Below the pieces are notes generated by a model that worked only from the letters and a program-made list of their open reading frames with translations, was not told the origin of the DNA and did no database searches. Position numbers and translations under genes: made by a program. From contig NC_134029.1 of assembly GCF_964204645.1 (NCBI RefSeq), positions 17,912,950 through 17,976,949 of the forward strand: a stretch of 64,000 nt of DNA, in the 5' to 3' direction. Below are positions 26,301-41,300 of the stretch, one piece after another. Each line of letters begins with the position of its first letter. The stretch's first letter is position 1. The DNA is from Tubulanus polymorphus (lineage: Eukaryota; Animalia; Nemertea).

Positions 26301-29300
26301 TGTTCACTGATCACCATTTCAATTGTTCTGCAAAATACACAAAAAAACGTAGGATTTTACTAGATATCTCATAGTGGCAATAGTGATGGAACCAGAAATA
26401 TGAGATAGCTCATAGTCGGCAGTGAACGTGTTAAAACATTCATACAAGGCAGTAAACCCCGACCAACTTTCTGAAAAATCAATTGCACCGATTATAGGCA
26501 GGTTTTGATTGAACATATTCCGGTTTAGGAATATCCAATTCCGGATTACAAACACTCTACCGGCTTTTTATCAGGTTTACAGATTATGCTATTCCCGACT
26601 AGCGTATTATGTCGAATTGAATGCTCCAGAAGAGAATACCAGAAATAATAGAGATCAATTGAAACCTGCCTGAAGAGAAACTGGACATTATCATTGTTAT
26701 TGTGTCATAAAGAAAGCAGAATAAAGAGCATTGCAAGCACTAGCGATCAGAGGCAATTTGGACTAGATATACATAGAACTTACACAGCTTGTTTAGTGAC
26801 GTGTATTAAACTTTCCTGCGCCTGTAACGGTCGGTTTGTGCGTAATATGCACGGCGCAAACACTACCGCCAGATTACTAGCCGACATCTTATTGTACGAT
26901 TCTAAATTAGCCACCCTGAAATGAAAAAAAAATAATGCGATCATCATCTTTCATTTTTCGAAAATAGTCATAAATGTGAAACTTTATTCTAAGTGTCATT
27001 TAAGATTATCATTAAAACTATTCTGCATCGATTTGCATTGCGGCAATTTGATATGCTCTTTTTGATTCGCCCAGAAGCAATTGTAAGATCGAAGTTAAGG
27101 TCATGTGATGTCACATGTAATTTGTCTATAAAACAAACCTTGCTAAATGAAATATAAGACGTTCAAATAAGTCATGGTTTGGCTCCGGCAATTTCTCTAT
27201 CACAGTATATATCGATTGGACTTTCTCTTTAGCAGACACACCACCAGTATCTGTAATAATCAAAACAAAACACAAAATCATTAAAGCAACTATGTTAACT
27301 TGAAGTCTGGTCTATTTGGATTTACAATGAAGCCAAGTTATCAACCCTTAGCGCCTACTAGTATCTGTATAGTATAGTATTTGACAATAGTTTTATTCAA
27401 AGCACTCCCAAATAATACTAAATAAGTTCAGCAATGTCTACATTCCGAGTTTCAGACACTTCTATAGCCACATAGCAAAAATTATTCGATGCACCATTTG
27501 ACAAAAATAATAATAATAATAATAATTTTTACGGCGAAAAAATCCAATGCGTTCTACTGCTAGAACGCCAAGAAAAAAGATGGCGGATTTCGCCGGTGGC
27601 TAAATGCAATACCGCAGGGCCGGGTCGTATAGAAAAACCATTGGCGATCAATCCAAATTTAGAAAATACTGGCAAAAACCATAGGAAAGGGTACAGTACT
27701 CGACAGAAATATAATATCCCCAACCTCAAGTTAAATGGGGTTAATTCTAAGACTAAACACTGTTCATAAGGTACGTATATACTAACCACTGAGTATATGC
27801 ACTATCTTTATCTGTTCCACTTGAAGAAATGTATATTAACAAAATTCAAGTTTATATGATGATATGCGGCCACTTCAGGCCCATTTCGTTTTTATAGCCC
27901 TGGACAAGAAGAGCATTCACAATTCCCTATTGGCGGGACAAACTAGAAGTTTCATTTCTTTGACCATCATCCAATGGTTGAAATGGAACTACCTCCCAGA
28001 GTCAACCATTTGCCAAGATTTTCTGTGGAAAAGTTCAAATCTACCTTGTACCTCTCTTTACTTCTTTTTTTAAAAATTAATGTTTATTACAGTATTCTAT
28101 ATTGCAGGATTTTCCTCAATCTTGAGGTTACCGCACAACCAGTAAAGAAGACAATGAAAGGAAAGTTTGCCTTAAGGATTGAATACAACGCATATGAATG
28201 TAACTTACCAGTTGCTCGAATGAAATCGTCATAGAGCTCAAATGTAAGTAAAGGTTCTGGTAATTCGCGATAATAAGCTTTCATAACAGCTGTTAACACA
28301 TGGATCGGATATTCTTCTAACATATCAATAGCGGACAGCAAATCTATAATAATAATCATAATAATTCAATGATCAATGAAGTTAACTATTTAAGGGATAA
28401 TTATAAGTCAGTGGTTAACTGCGTGTGAGATTATTACATCCAGAAACGGCCAAGACATTTATCAGTCAAGTTTTTCTGAGTTGGACGAGGTTTCCTGTAA
28501 CAAGTCACTCGCGGTTTATTTTCCATTGTACCAACCTTCATTGATAAGTTTCTTCAGTGTTTTAATTCTAACAGCGGAACCAGCTTTTCGGTAAATTCCC
28601 TCGGTATATAAACCATTGATTTCTATTGCACTAATGAGACGCTCCACGATCTCGGGAATTTTCACAGATTCTGATAATTGCAGTAATAACGGAACACCAA
28701 ACACACCTGTTAGTTGAACCTGCAAATTCAAGGGATGACTATGATTTCAGTTAATGTTGCGGCACTTTGATGTACATTCCTATTTACATTTCAGGGGTCA
28801 GATTGATGAACTAGAAATTTCAAATTTTTGCACATCCTAACGATAAGCTTTTTCTAATTTTTTTCACAACAAAATACCTGGACCCTTTCATTCTTACCGG
28901 GTATATTCTATTCTACATTTTTCAAGATTTTTTAGAATTTTTCATATCAAGCACAACGACAAAGCCTGAAGCGATTACTGATAATAATCAGAACAGATTA
29001 AAATGAAATGTCGTCAATTTTAACACAGCTTATGCTAAAATTCCGAGCTCAACGATATGTGGGATAAAAAGTTGATCAAAGACTCTTTGCTTGAATTCTT
29101 TGCACATTCTCATGATTTTTGTAAGATTTTTCAATTTCAAAGGTTTTTCACATTTTCTCAGGTATAAAAGTGGATATCCATTCTTTCCACATCCATCTTA
29201 ACATTTCTATCGATGCTCACCTCAACACCGGAACTTTTACACGAAGTTAAAAACCTTGGCAGACACTTTTTATGACAGGTAAATTTACAAACTGAAATGA

Positions 29301-32300
29301 GAATCATTAGGTATTACACTGACGAGCCGGTTGTGCAATTAACGATTAAAGAATCAATGTATAGAAGTTGAATGACTAAATTAATCTAACTAAATCAGCA
29401 AACTGAAATAGGAAACTAGCCAATGGACAAAAATGCAAAATACAACAATATATGAGTATATGAACTTACTTTGGCATGACATGCCTTTTTCCTTTATGGA
29501 CCAGACTAGAGAATTACATAACTCACAAAACGTGGGTATATTAAACTGTACAACTACGAATCTATGACCGAGGTGTTCCTTTAAAATAAAAAAATAGCAC
29601 AATATTAAAGATCGCTAACACTCATTAATTGCTCATCCTCATCATCATCGTTATCAACATTATCACTTACTAGAACGTCCTCTTCTTTCTTTTTCTTTTT
29701 CTCCTTTTTCTTCCGCTCCGGTTTGTCGTCTCGTTTTTGGTCGCGTTTCTTCAAGAATTCGTCGATGAAACCGCGAAATGCGTTCAGAGCCAGAGTTTTC
29801 GATGAATCCAACTCGGCTTCGTCCTCCAATTCTAAATTCTTCTGTAAAACTTGCTCGAAATTCACCATCAGTTCGCGGTACTTGACGTTGTAATTATTTT
29901 TGTCCTGGAAAGAAAGGAACTCCTTCAAAAAATGGTTTCAAAGAGTGACCGCATATAACTGCTATGTAATACACGTATCATTGGATGGTTGTATTTCCAT
30001 CATGGTTACTATTGGGATCTAGACTATTATGTAACTAAGCTAAGTAAAATATAGAACTATCTACTGGGTAACCAAATTTTCTTACGTTATCCCCCCTCCC
30101 TGGCAGTAAAATTAATACTGGCATCCTTCATTTGAAATGGATTCATGCCGGTCAAATCTAATATTAATCAGAATAAGAGGATATTGGCTTTTGTTTCTAA
30201 ATACGAAGCGTTTCAGTATTTTAACAACACTGCAATGGAAATCATTAGATCACCTTTCCTTTCATAAACAACACACTTTGTACATTCTGATAGGCCATTT
30301 TCAACCTATATTATCGGCTAGATTTTTTCTAGATGGAAATCCAGAGAAAAAATAAATAAATTTCTTACCTGCATAGCTAACGATTTCAGGCTAATCAGAG
30401 TGTTAGTGTGGAAATCTTTTAAAGCGGCTTTGAAAACTTTGTCAAATTTACTATCAAGCCGACCGCAGTCTTCACTAATACTGACCAACTGGAAAAAAAA
30501 TCAAATCAATTCAGAAAATATCCATTTTTTCTCCTCTTAAAACATGGTATTCTTTTCTAAAGCGTGTCATTATATTCTTATATTTCTATCATCATCTCAT
30601 TTGAAGTTCACTTTAAAAAGAAGATCAAAAATCAGAATACAAAAATTGTGAAATGAAAGAAGGGGCAATTGGAAATATGAACAGACCTTGTCTCAATGAG
30701 GACCCGCTCCCCAGCTTTCCAGTGGTGTGCACATCAAAACGACAGCTCATTGAAAATTTACTCATCAAACTTTCATCGAGATGTTTCATCTACCACATGA
30801 AAAATTTGGCAAACCATGTCTCTTGGTGGACTCAGATTGACCGGGTTCAAATAGTGCAATTCACCATACATAGAATTTGAGGCATCAGGGATAGATTTCA
30901 ATTGAAATTAAGAAAATCCCATACAATTGTTGCCACCTGATGCATCTGCACCTGTGCCACAAGCTGAATCTTCAATTGCCGCAGTTGACTGCGGAGTCCT
31001 CTTTTTAATGATTCGAGATTCACTGTGAAAGTTTCAATGCAGGGTAACGATAATCTTTCCTCTTTCAAATTCCCAATAAAAGCAGGAGTTTCCCTATTTT
31101 CTGATGAACGGCAGTAGAAAAGACCAGAGAGTTGTTATCTTGACACACCCGAGTAGTAAGCTAGCCCAGAAAATATTCCAACTTTCAGCTTATATATCTT
31201 TATAGGAATCTTAAAATTTACCATATGAAATGAATATTGCAAAAATGTTGAGTTCTGATGAGAAATGTGGAGACCACAATACTCGCGCATAATAAACACC
31301 ATTTCCCAGTATTTTCAAGGGTTTTATCAGATTTCCTATGTTTTCCCCGAGAGAAATCAATTCTGCGTTTTTTCCAGAATCATGGTCACCACGTGAACAT
31401 ACCTTTGCGAATATAAACTTATCAATTTCCTCCAATTCGTCAATATCCCGTACGAATAAATCATTTGAATATTGCCACTGTTGCGTTCCCGTTTTGCTCC
31501 AGTTATTTTTCGCTTCTTTACTGTCCCGTTCGTCCTTGTCCTTGATCTTTCTGCTGCCTTGACGCTTTTTCGGTTTGCGATTCTCTTTGAACTCATTCGT
31601 CTCATCCGACTCTGGTATGTTCAAATCGTTGTCGGCCAAAATCGTGCGTTTCGTCGGGGATGAAGCAAACGGCGATGGAATATTGCCCAAAGGTAGAACT
31701 GCTACACCCACTGTGTTAATGAGAAGTAGTAGCATGTATATAGATACATCTAAAAACACGTTTTGTCTGTTGTAATTACTAGGATAGACTCCTTTCTTCG
31801 TACTGGTAATGCTGGTGAATTTTACAAAATTCTGTCGGGAAAGACTCTCAATTTCCCTAAAACTCATTCCCACTGCTATGAACTAAGGTGGCGTCTACTC
31901 TATTATTATTCACAATATTATCGGTATGTAATCCATTCAGAAAATTTTGTCCATTTTTTTTAATGTACATAGTGGAATATTCAACAGTATATCCATGAAT
32001 TTATGAGTATTTCACAAATAGTATTTAGAACCTAAGGTATAGTGGTCAATAAAGCTAGAAGAGTTCCAAAACAATACGTCTAAATAAAAAGCACCGTAAA
32101 TGTGCACCACATTCATAGCATCGCTGGTGAAGGTTAAGCAAGAACTCATCAAATTTTTTTTCTCAAACAAAATTTACAAAAACAACACGCCTTTCAGAAA
32201 TTTCAACTTGAGAAGGATTGTTTACGTTTTTCAGATCAATCTCATTGCAGTCTGCTTAACTCAATGAATACGTTAAGCGGCTGTCAGCGGTTCGCCGGTA

Positions 32301-35300
32301 TTTACCGTTGCATACGCAAAGCCGCTGAGAGCGGCTTTCATGACGTCACAAATGTAAACACTGCCTACGTTTGAACTGCACGTGATCTTAACCAATCAGA
32401 ATACAAGTAAACAATATTATCATAAATTATGTTAGGGAAGTCCATGGAATCCCGTACGCGACGCGTCATAGACACTATTGATCATGGGAAGTACCAGAGG
32501 GGGAATCCCTTGTTAACCAAAATGGCGGAAATTCCGTATGCTGCGCGAGATTTTTAATTTCGGTATTCCGGAGTGAATGAGTTAAGGAGAGTACTTACAG
32601 TCTTGAGGTCGCCTGGGAGTTCCCGCAGTAGATTCATCCATAGACATACTATCATCATGTTTCCTACCTGTTGAAATATTCAGAAAAATGCTCCTTAAAA
32701 AGTTTATGGTTTAGCCATAAAGTAGGTTTTTGTTTCTATTTCAATTTAACATGGTTATTTATGTCATACGAGTTTCATCTTTCAAAAAGTTTCTACATGT
32801 TTCATCTACAAGTCATGCAAAATACGTCCTATGCGTCTCACTTGGATATACCAGGGCTAGCTAAAATATGCATTTCTGATGAGTACTGTGCCCTCCTTAC
32901 CACCCCAGATGACATCCGGGGAGTGGAGGTGTATAGAAAAATTATTGTCGATCAATCCAAAAATAGTGAATATTGGCAGAAACCACAGAAAAGGGTACAG
33001 TACTTGAAGGGAATACAGATACCCAGTAAGGAGGTATAGGTGTTCATGCGTGAAATAATCTTTTATGCATTTTAATATTATCTGGAAGGGACCGGGGCCA
33101 GATGCTCAAGAGTTGATTAAGTTGATTGGAATCACTCATCTCTTGGATGAATAACCAACAACTATGGTGGCTGATAAGGGCCATAGCGAAAAATTTCTGG
33201 TATGCAAATCAGGACGCCAGAACGAAAAAAAAACGTTGAAATTTCTCTTAAAATCCGTTTTTGGCATGCCAAAACAAAGACTATTCCGTTTTGGCGGGGG
33301 CGGATTTTTAGGGAAATTTCGACATTTTTCGTTGTTTTGGCGGGGCACCAAAACGGAATAATCTTTGTTTTGGCGCGCCAAAACAGATTATTAGAGAAAT
33401 TTCGACGGCCAAAACGGATTTTAAAAGATAATTTGACCTTTCTTTTCGTTTTGGCGTTCTGGCACCCTAATTCGGATACCAGGTATTTTATGACATGTAA
33501 TCCCAGGTCACTAAGTCTATCTTGCCGGCTTTGAGCTGATGATTGAATCCTTGAATTGGAAGAAAGGGTGATCTGAGCCTTTGGGATGTACAAGGTGGCC
33601 ATTCCAATGGCACTGGCATTTCATTATGTACGCCTCAATGCCAGCGCAGCTACATTTACCAAGGATGGTGGTGTTTGACATAAAATCCCTCAACTTGATG
33701 CTATTGATCTTATATATCTTATCAATCTTATATAAATTTGATGACTTGTTTGACAAAGTTTCCATTTGGGAGCATAAAAATCCAGTTCGAAGTTCATTGA
33801 AAATAAACTAATTTTCACTATGTATAACTGTGTGCATTGTCGCGCCATCTGGTGTGTGCCGGTACCCCATTGTCAGTTTTCCACTAGTGAACTCTTGAGC
33901 AACTGATCCTAGATGGTCTAAGCGATCTGAAAAGGCTTACACCTTTTTCTTTGTGTTTCCCTATAAATGCCAATCTGTTTACTCGAATATCAGTAATAAT
34001 GGAGCATGCTGAGTCTGAATAGATTTTCTTTTTTTCTCACTGTCCGAATAAGTAATTCTTTTTTTTTCCACTAAAACTGGCTGTAACGAAGCGGATTTTT
34101 AGCGTAACAAACCTCGGTGACGTTTGGTTAATAAACGTTGGCGTAACTTCATCATTTGGAGGCATAACCTCGACCAAGATAAATGCCCTAAAAATTTCAT
34201 CGAATCTTAATTTTCAAATGATCTAACCAAGGTCATCACAGAGGCCCAAAAAATCACGAATGATATATTGGTCGTCAATTACTAGATTATAACACTTGAA
34301 GCAGTGTATGATATACCATCATTATACGTGTACCAACTTTTTCTATAATGCTTAATGCCTACAACAAATGGAAAAAGTGCTTCTTCAAGGGATACAGTTA
34401 GATTACCATTGAGATGTGCAAAATGTGAGGAGCCAAGTGAAAGTGTCCACCCAACATTGAGTCAATAGGATAATAAAATCAAGAAATTTTCAGCATATTC
34501 TGTCAAAATCTGCGCGAATGTGACCATACTTTCATCATTACCCTAACGTATCTATAACTGTACCTATAATCTCTCCCTGGGGAGATATAACAATCATATT
34601 TCTATTACTAGCACACAGGTGCGACATATCATGCCAGAATGCCCAATTGCTCCTAGATGGAGGGAGGCAATAACGATAAATGTCTTGTCCAGGGACACTA
34701 TAGTATTTGTTGGGGTTCAAACCGACAACCGGACATCTAAAGAGTTGAACGCTCTAACCAATTACACAGTTTGCTTTCCAAGGACTTGATTGCACTGAAC
34801 TAGCAAAGTGATCTATTTGATCACAAATGCAGTTCAATGATAATTGCTGGTTTCTTCCAAAATCCTAATCAATGAAAATTTCCTCTTAATATTTGTTTAG
34901 TACATAATGCATAATATGGATACATTGGTTAGTACGAATATAATTGAATGAGGGAAAGGCATGCTCCTAGTAAACAAGGGAGCAAACTGAACTTTTTAAT
35001 TGATTAGTGTTTCAAAAGTTCCTCATTGATATAATTTTCAATATTCAGGAAATTTACCGATAGTATTCATCTTGTGGTAAAACATTATTTAATACGCCTA
35101 TTTGAGACGGCATCTGACAGAATATTTCATGGAGGGGTGAACTTGATCCTCAACAAAGCTAGTAAGTCACAAACGTTTTCAATATAACGTGCCCTCTGTC
35201 AACTTAAAGAGGTCTTCCAGCTGAGGTTTTATCACTTATGGACACTGTCTATAAATAAAGCTGTTTTTAAATGACTTTGAGGACTTTAAATTTTCTTGGC

Positions 35301-38300
35301 ATTTTCTACAATAAATTTGATGGCAATTCTTGAATAATTTTGTGACTTTGTGGCAATCTAGTTTATCCATGTTACCAGGTAGGTATGATAATTATAAATT
35401 CAACCATATTTAAGGGGAAATTACGTTTTTATTGCAACAATACAAATGGCTAATTGGCATAATACAGGATACCACACACATAGGCATAACATTATCGCCA
35501 ATAAGAGCAATAGTGGTATTTTCCAGATTGCAAAAATAGCAAACTTTAAATGTCTATTACTACGTACAGGAGTAACAGGAATGTTTTACGGAAATCATAA
35601 CTCAATGTTTGATCTGTGAGTGGTAAAGTATCACATGGCAATAATCGCACAATGAATAGGTATGGTACAGAAGACAAGTATCGATTTTGTGACCAAGTTA
35701 TTTCTGGATTGGTCTCCAGAGCCAAAATCAGGACATTGTCTTAAATCCTGATTGGTGCAATGATAGTGTGTTCTGGTCTGTCGATAAGACTACCATGAAA
35801 TCGTCAGCTTCACTCTCAAAGTTTACCACAAAATGAGCACGAATGATCGATAAGTGATATTTGAAAAATTAATGAAGAAAGAACCTCAGAAACAGGAGCG
35901 CCCTGGTATGTAACGAAACGAAACAACTGTTAGCAAGAAACGATATTATCAATTCAAACAACAAACAATGCCCGCCGATGCCAGCAACTCACATTCGCTC
36001 TGTTCTTGTAAATGTTTTTTCGACATACGACGATACCACGAGATTTTGGAGTAAGTATTCTTTACGAATACCGAACTCCTCGATGATTCTTCAGGAGAAG
36101 AAGAGTGAAAAAAAAAGAATAAATTCGTTGGCTTTGTTTTCGACAACGACGAAGACGACGATTTGAATGACCGAATCGCAGCGGTGACATGTTTGTTTTT
36201 GTAACACCCATGCGCGTGAAACAATGATGAAAACGAATAACCATCAAAACTGAACTGAAATAAAGCTAGCGTTTATCTAAAGTGGCCAGTTTCTCGCAGT
36301 TCCTAAAATACTCTAAGGCTATCCAGAAATTCTAGTCCCAAACTACAAATCTTTATATACCAATTTATTGAAAACTATAGGTCCAGGAATACCATGCCCA
36401 CTAGGTTAGATGCTTGACAATCTCCTAATTTCAATATTCAACGCTTCCTGGTGAACAAATATAGAAACCAAAGACCTTGAAACTCAACACATTCAAAGAA
36501 CATGTCATGAGCTATTTATCACTTGAACGTGATTACAAGCTATGCAAAGGTACCAATATAAACAGACAAAATTCATATAATTCAATATCTGAATCCCCCT
36601 AGGGGACATCGAAAAACTGGGAAATCCCAATCTTACACAAGGAGATGTGTCCTATGACAGAACCTATTTATCAATACTATCAAAATATCAAGACTAGAGG
36701 TTGAAACCTGTTGATATTTTCACCAAAAAAAAAAACATTTTCCATCTATGAACAAACCATAGAGAAGCTTAAGGCGTCAGAATGCAGGCCAAAAATGACT
36801 TTTTGCCACAACAAAGGTTACGGAATTATGTCCAATCGAGCCAATTTTTTCCAGATTATAGGTCCCAGAAACATTGACTTCAAAAAAGTGGGCCAAGTGA
36901 GCTAAAAATTAGATTCCAACAGGATTGACAGATGAACATGGGAAACTTCTAACAAACCATGTTGCCACTGAAGCTGCGCACTCTGGCTAGTGTGGCAGGG
37001 TTTCATACCATGACAAGTCTCAATGCTATCAGGTTCGAAACCCTGCCGGGTGGGCTGGGTGCTAATCAGTAACTAAACAGATAGCTCAAGATGGTTTTAT
37101 GCCCATTGAAGCTTAAGCTCGCAAGGGTCAAGAAGCAAAGGGTATATCAACTAAATAAACTATAAGAAACGTATTACCATTAATCCCGAACTGCCAACCA
37201 TTAATCCCGAACTGCAAAAACAGGATGGCAGGACTAACATCACAAAACTTCAATGAATTCAGTTCAAAATCGGGATTTGTGCTGATTTTATTGATGATTG
37301 ATTGACAAAATGACCAAGTACTTCAAAGGAATGCTGGTAAAATTTTAATTGAAACCTAGAAGATATGGAAGCGTGGATTACTGAGTGGAGTCTTGTTTGA
37401 CTAAGGTAGAATCCTTTATGTCCAATGTAGCATTGTAAGAATACAATTTTCTATCGACATTATGTGGCCATGATCATAATATATTCACTAAAAACATCCC
37501 TACAGAGACTATAGCCGCGATCACATGGAGACGTTTTGGCCTGGATCAGGCTCAAGTCAAATTTTGCCCGTGCCTAATGATCAGAGAGCGCGTTCACACA
37601 TAAATCACTTACACAATACTAACCATTGCCATGACAAAACGAAGTGAGTCACCAGAAGCAATTCATACGCAATAATTTGACCCGTACTAAAATATGGCTT
37701 GGACCTGGTCCAATGTTTTAAGTCAGGTCAAACAGGCCCAACTGGCACCCGTGTAAAAGGTTGGCTTGGGCCCAATCTGAGCCTAAAAACGCCCATGTGA
37801 TCTCAGCATATAACTAAATCTAGCTCTCCTAAGGAAATTAGGTATTCAAATGAGAAACTGGCCCGTGAATGATACAGGTTTAATAAGCAGATTGGACAGT
37901 TTCGACAAGGCAACCAATCCCGGTTCATTATAGACAATATGAATAGCTGAATGAGTAAAATTTTTGATGCAGGCAGAAAGACGTTGCCTCGCAAGAGTCT
38001 AAATACATCGATGTAGTAGCGTTTTTGTAAGTGATAAAACTCTCACCAAGACAACTTAAACCAATCCTAACAGCAGTATCTCGGCCTGAAGATATATAGT
38101 TGTAAATCACCAAAGAGCAAATAAAGTTTCATACAAAGTGCTTACTCATTTTAGATTTGATAGAAAAACATTTGATTTATAACATTCCAATTACGATTTA
38201 ACATATCACTTTCTGAACCAGAAATAAGACTAAATCTGTGAAATGTAAAAAAAACTGTAGTTCATGGCTGGATTTTTCGATGAAAATTGAAGCAAGGCTA

Positions 38301-41300
38301 CATATCTCAAAGCAACGCAATTCTATAACAGCTATTACAGGTGAACATATTGAGTTGAATCATGTTGACATCGTACTAATTGGGTGTCATATAATCTTAA
38401 TGATGATTATTATGAATATCCCAGCAGGGATATTTCAAAACAACAGTATTACTGGATTACTGGGAGTTTAGAGTATCAAATGATTACAAAATCTCTTAAA
38501 CATATAATCTTGTTGCAAATTGTAAGCTGATGGCATTCGAATATTTTACTGGCGACAAGTTCGGGACAAAACAAATCATGACCAGAAGGTGTCCTGAGAT
38601 AGATATTTGCTGATTTGACTAATGTTGCCCTGCAGCATGAATTAATACACCATTCATAAGGTCTAGTCAAGACTTAGCAAACCCCACACCCCAATTACCC
38701 CTGGAAATTGTTTTTATTGGCATTTTTAGACTGGAAAAATGAGAAGAAAATGATGGGCTTTGTTAAAAACCTAGCATAATACGCCACCCTTTTCCGGCCC
38801 AGAAAAAAATTACGAATATATTCCTAGGGCATCCTCCCCGGCAGGGATTCGAATGTGTTGGCATCGAGACTGCCACGGTACGAAACTCTGCCACACTATC
38901 CGTGAAATTTGCCTCATTGATTATACAACAAGCAATCTGCGCACCCGTTCTAGTGAAGCCGGGTGCCGTGGCTGAGTCTAGCGATGCCATCATGTTGGAA
39001 TTCCAAACAGGGAGGTTGTTCCAGGGGGGGGGTGTGCAGGGATAGCCACCTTTTGACTCGACGACATGTATTATATCATATAGGCCTATACAACGTTCAG
39101 ATTGTGCTCACCTCCCATCATATTGCGTAGTCTATCTTTAGCTCGATGTAATGCGCTACGATGGCCGGACGCTGACGGCGGTAAGTTCACTGATTCCGAA
39201 CTCGTATTGAGCAAGTCGTGTCTCTCCTGAGAGCGTTCGATAACGCCCTGCAACTCTAGACGGAACTTCGATCCGGGATATGTCAACGACATAGAAACAC
39301 CTTCAGATTCGTCCTGTAAAAAAAAACAACATTCGCATGATTACTGGTTAAACACTTTCTGTGAATTTATTGGTACACTTGCAGATAAATTGAAATTTTT
39401 TGAAGATTCCACACCAGTGTTGAATAATCGGCATACCGCTTTAGTGCATCTACACTGCGACGCAGTGTATCGTTAGTTACTAATATTTCGTCATGTTTGC
39501 TATCAGGTGCAGCTATCTTTCAATCGAGATAAAAACATCAATACACCACAATGCGGTGTACTATAATAACTTATTTTTCATTTAATATCTACATATATGT
39601 TGATAGCGGAGGAAAAATGAAACAGTTAAATGAAGGTAGCAATGGGAGCCTTAGGTATTAGCAAAGTCCATCACTGATTTCTACACCACACAGCAGTGTA
39701 GACGCACTGAAAGGGTTAACATATCGACAAAGAATAATTCCCAAATTCAGATTTTGAAATTGAATCTGCGTTTAAGAAAATTGAACTGGTCGGTTTTTGA
39801 TTTCATTTTAATGATGTCACAAAGCAAAATGTATAACATATATAAACATCGAAATAGATAAATGCCAGATTAAACAGCGTACAAGCGGAATCTATTTCAC
39901 CAACCCCATGATCAATAAACAAAGGTAATCGTTGAAATAACAGGACGAAGCAGATCGAGAAACAACTGCCCACAGATTATCAAGAAGACCATAGCAATGA
40001 TATGTACGGGGATTTACCTTATTAACTATATTTGAAAAATCAAATCAAACGTTAAGTCACGACACAAATGTAAAAACAGTTAATCTATAAATCATTGGTT
40101 AAAACTCATTCACGATTAGCGACAAGACATAGATAACATGCCATGCTTCTAAGGCCGGCGGCATAACGGAAGTCAGAAAACAAGAATTGTCTTTGTTCGG
40201 TACCAATATCCAGTTTCCATGCGAGGAAAAATAACATTATACAGCATTTCGCATGACTGAAATAGAACGTGCGAGTTGCCATTTGCTGATTCAGATGAAC
40301 CAGAAAAGTAACTGGTATCAAAAGACAGTAGACCAAAAAACTTGTTTCGATGAAAAAATACTTTCAAAATCTAGCAGTGACTTAATCCAATAAACACCAC
40401 CGACCAAAACAGTGTCTTTTCATTCACAGTAACAAATATACTGCATTTTGCTTCTATGAAAATTTTTGTTTTTCTGATTCTCGCCTGCCCTGGGCTTAAG
40501 AAGCCAATCTTTATAGCAACGACATGAATAAAACAATCCATTTCTTCGTATCTACGATGGAAACATGCTTTTCTACTGAAGCAAGCGGTTGCATTAGGAA
40601 CGGAGTACGTTTATGGCAAAACATTCGTTCAAAAACTTTTAATTTGCATTTTTCGGTAAATAGTTTTTAATGAATGTTTCGTCGGGAAATAACCGGGACC
40701 TAGTTCCGCTGATGAGAATCAATTTGAAACATACAAGATCATCAAAATAAATTGAATGGAGATCAATATTTCACAACTAGCCGAGTTAGTCACAAGAACT
40801 GAAATATGAGTTCATCATGATTGCTGCACTTTGATGGTGCTCATCTCAAGATAATTCCTCAGTGTAAAATCCTCAATAGAATGACCTTCAACTTTTGACA
40901 GGGAACCAAACTACTTAAAAAAGTCTTTTGTTTAGACGCACCAGTTCAACTTCTGTGGTTCACAGGATGAAAAGTTATTGATATCATTGAAAAAGTTATC
41001 TTTCTCCTCTGGCCGTAGCAGTCAAAATGATGTTACAAATCCTCAACAGCAGAACTGGGTCTAGTTAGAAAGTAGATAGATATATATGAAGGAGAAAGAT
41101 TATAGGCTCATACATGTGGCTCCCCGGAATCATCTGAATTGATAGAACTTAGCTCCCAGTGTTGCAGAGAAGTTGGAGATTTCTGAAACATTGCATTCAT
41201 CAATTTTACATCAATTAAAATGCTTACTATACGACGTACGAACCAAAAAACTTGGCTACTCGAGTGACGCTGCTAATAATAACTCCATTGATCATACAAG

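Noticed and set aside
33136-33602. Four overlapping ORFs up to 146 aa
   Set aside because: They arise from a low-complexity inverted motif array that lacks stops by composition.
34712-34767. tRNA gene
   Set aside because: No complete cloverleaf; it is better explained as a decayed SINE head.
37176-37216. 21-bp tandem duplication
   Set aside because: Only two units with no spacer; an ordinary slippage duplication.
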